A stretch of 63,760 bases of DNA, counting the filler, from Syncephalis fuscata S228 (taxonomy: Eukaryota; Fungi; Zoopagomycota), in NCBI GenBank assembly GCA_025786725.1. It is 5 parts of 5 records of this genome, joined end to end, with 100 filler letters (N's around TTAATTAATTAA, not from the genome) between each part and the next. Parts side by side here need not be neighbours in the genome. Positions count along the whole stretch, not along the records: positions 62,663 to 63,760 come from JAHLTZ010000371.1; 4 more parts are not named here. One strand, given 5' to 3'. The translations under genes were made by a program, and so were the position numbers. How positions within the stretch are numbered: position 1 is the first letter of the stretch; every line of letters begins with the position of its first letter. The notes under the pieces are model-generated. The model searched no databases and was not told the DNA's origin. It saw nothing but the letters and a program-made list of their open reading frames with translations. Positions 62,815 through 63,760 of this stretch are shown one piece after another.

Positions 62815-63760
62815 GAACTGCACATTCAATCTATTGAACATGGGGACAAGTGGTGAGTTTGATTTAATCGTCACATCATCACACTATTGCTTTTTGGGGA
62901 CAAATGACTAATATTTAATAACGCCCAATCTATTGAACATGATGATGGGTGGTGAGTGACATCAATCACAAAATACTCATCAGCATAGATTCGTTATCCA
63001 GTATCATATATTCAGTACACATATATATTTTATTTACTTATATCATTCCTGTACTATCCCACACCATTGTATCCCATTCTACGATAGACTAGACACACTT
63101 TATTGTTTATATACACCAACAAACTCCATTCAGTCTACTCATTGCACTATATGCACTATAGCTTTAACTTTATTTTATATGCTTTTTCACCGTACATTTA
63201 TTATTCTATATATCATTCTATAATCGCTTAGCCTTCCTCTATCCAAATCTGTTTATACTTTTGTTCTAGCTTTATTATTAATAAATATCGACTAATGTCG
63301 GTCATCTGCTCATGCATATATGCTCAATAACTTTAACATTGCTAATCGTTACTGCGTATTGCATATTCTTTATATTATATGCCGTTTTATTGTCTAATGG
63401 CTGCTGGCTATCTATTGCAGCTGTTCTTTTTGTTTTAGCTCTACTATTAATAAAGTTCGACTAATCTTGCTCAGCTTGCTCATTAGACTATATATATTTA
63501 AAACTCATAGCAAACAGAATGTATTCAATATGTCATAAAATGGTAATGATATAGGTAGATAGTAAGATATATGCATATGGCATAAAGCTACAATATGAGA
63601 GTTTTGATGATTGATGTCACTCACCGCCCATCATCATGTTCAATAGATCGGGCGTTATTAAAAATAGTCATTTAACCACCAAATCACAATAAATGTAATA
63701 ATGCGACGATTAAATAAAACTCCACTTGTCCCCATGTTCAATAGAACGAAAATGTAGTTC
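62815..63760. mobile_element. Foldback/MITE-like element, copy 2, with modular TIRs; may extend past the window end
   Basis: TIRs of about 170 bp or more, each with two copies of the TCTATTGAACATG..GTGG module. The interior matches 29193-30116 in reverse orientation (GGTCATCTGCTCATGCATATATG, GCCTTCCTCTATCCAAA). Confidence 0.8.

Overview
AT-rich eukaryotic DNA with many short spliceosomal introns. The gene set is fungal, and an early-diverging lineage is inferred but not provable here. The window is five contigs joined by artificial 100-nt N/TTAATTAATTAA linkers, so adjacency across linkers means nothing. Conventional genes: inorganic pyrophosphatase, Vps52, Mim2, an LRR protein, SRR1-like, cytochrome c oxidase VIIc, cytosolic AspRS, an F-box/PP2-like protein, glutathione reductase, Ysc84/SYLF (partial), a Gti1/Pac2 factor, Pns1/CTL, CAF-1 p60 (partial), an intronless GH16, two tandem prolyl 4-hydroxylases, a glycerate-kinase-like P-loop kinase and SF3B2/Cus1. 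There are also three tRNA-derived SINEs and two foldback/MITE-like elements. The main finding is four apparent ~80-bp satellite arrays (about 1.8-3.55, 14.4-17.25, 32.3-35.1 and 37.4-40.0 kb). On the minus strand these read as extreme micro-exon genes: a signal/propeptide exon ending in Arg-Arg, then 19-34 internal exons, nearly all exactly 3 nt, separated by repeated phase-1 introns. Splicing them by hand gives stop-free, Cys-patterned secreted peptides: DCDDCKKRCKCVTYCDKQCNNPQP; KAVQATSLDKKWLKTPGPLRAPVGPWYCVFGICVGKCGGNCK; DIYGCLDQCYNKYFYNNNMDYYLCRTRCHHNP; and DPGNCEACVTKCMSGCRHSGDKYCENNA (the last copy is frameshifted in exon 1). This amounts to roughly one exon per amino acid, is invisible to the ORF track, and awaits transcript confirmation.
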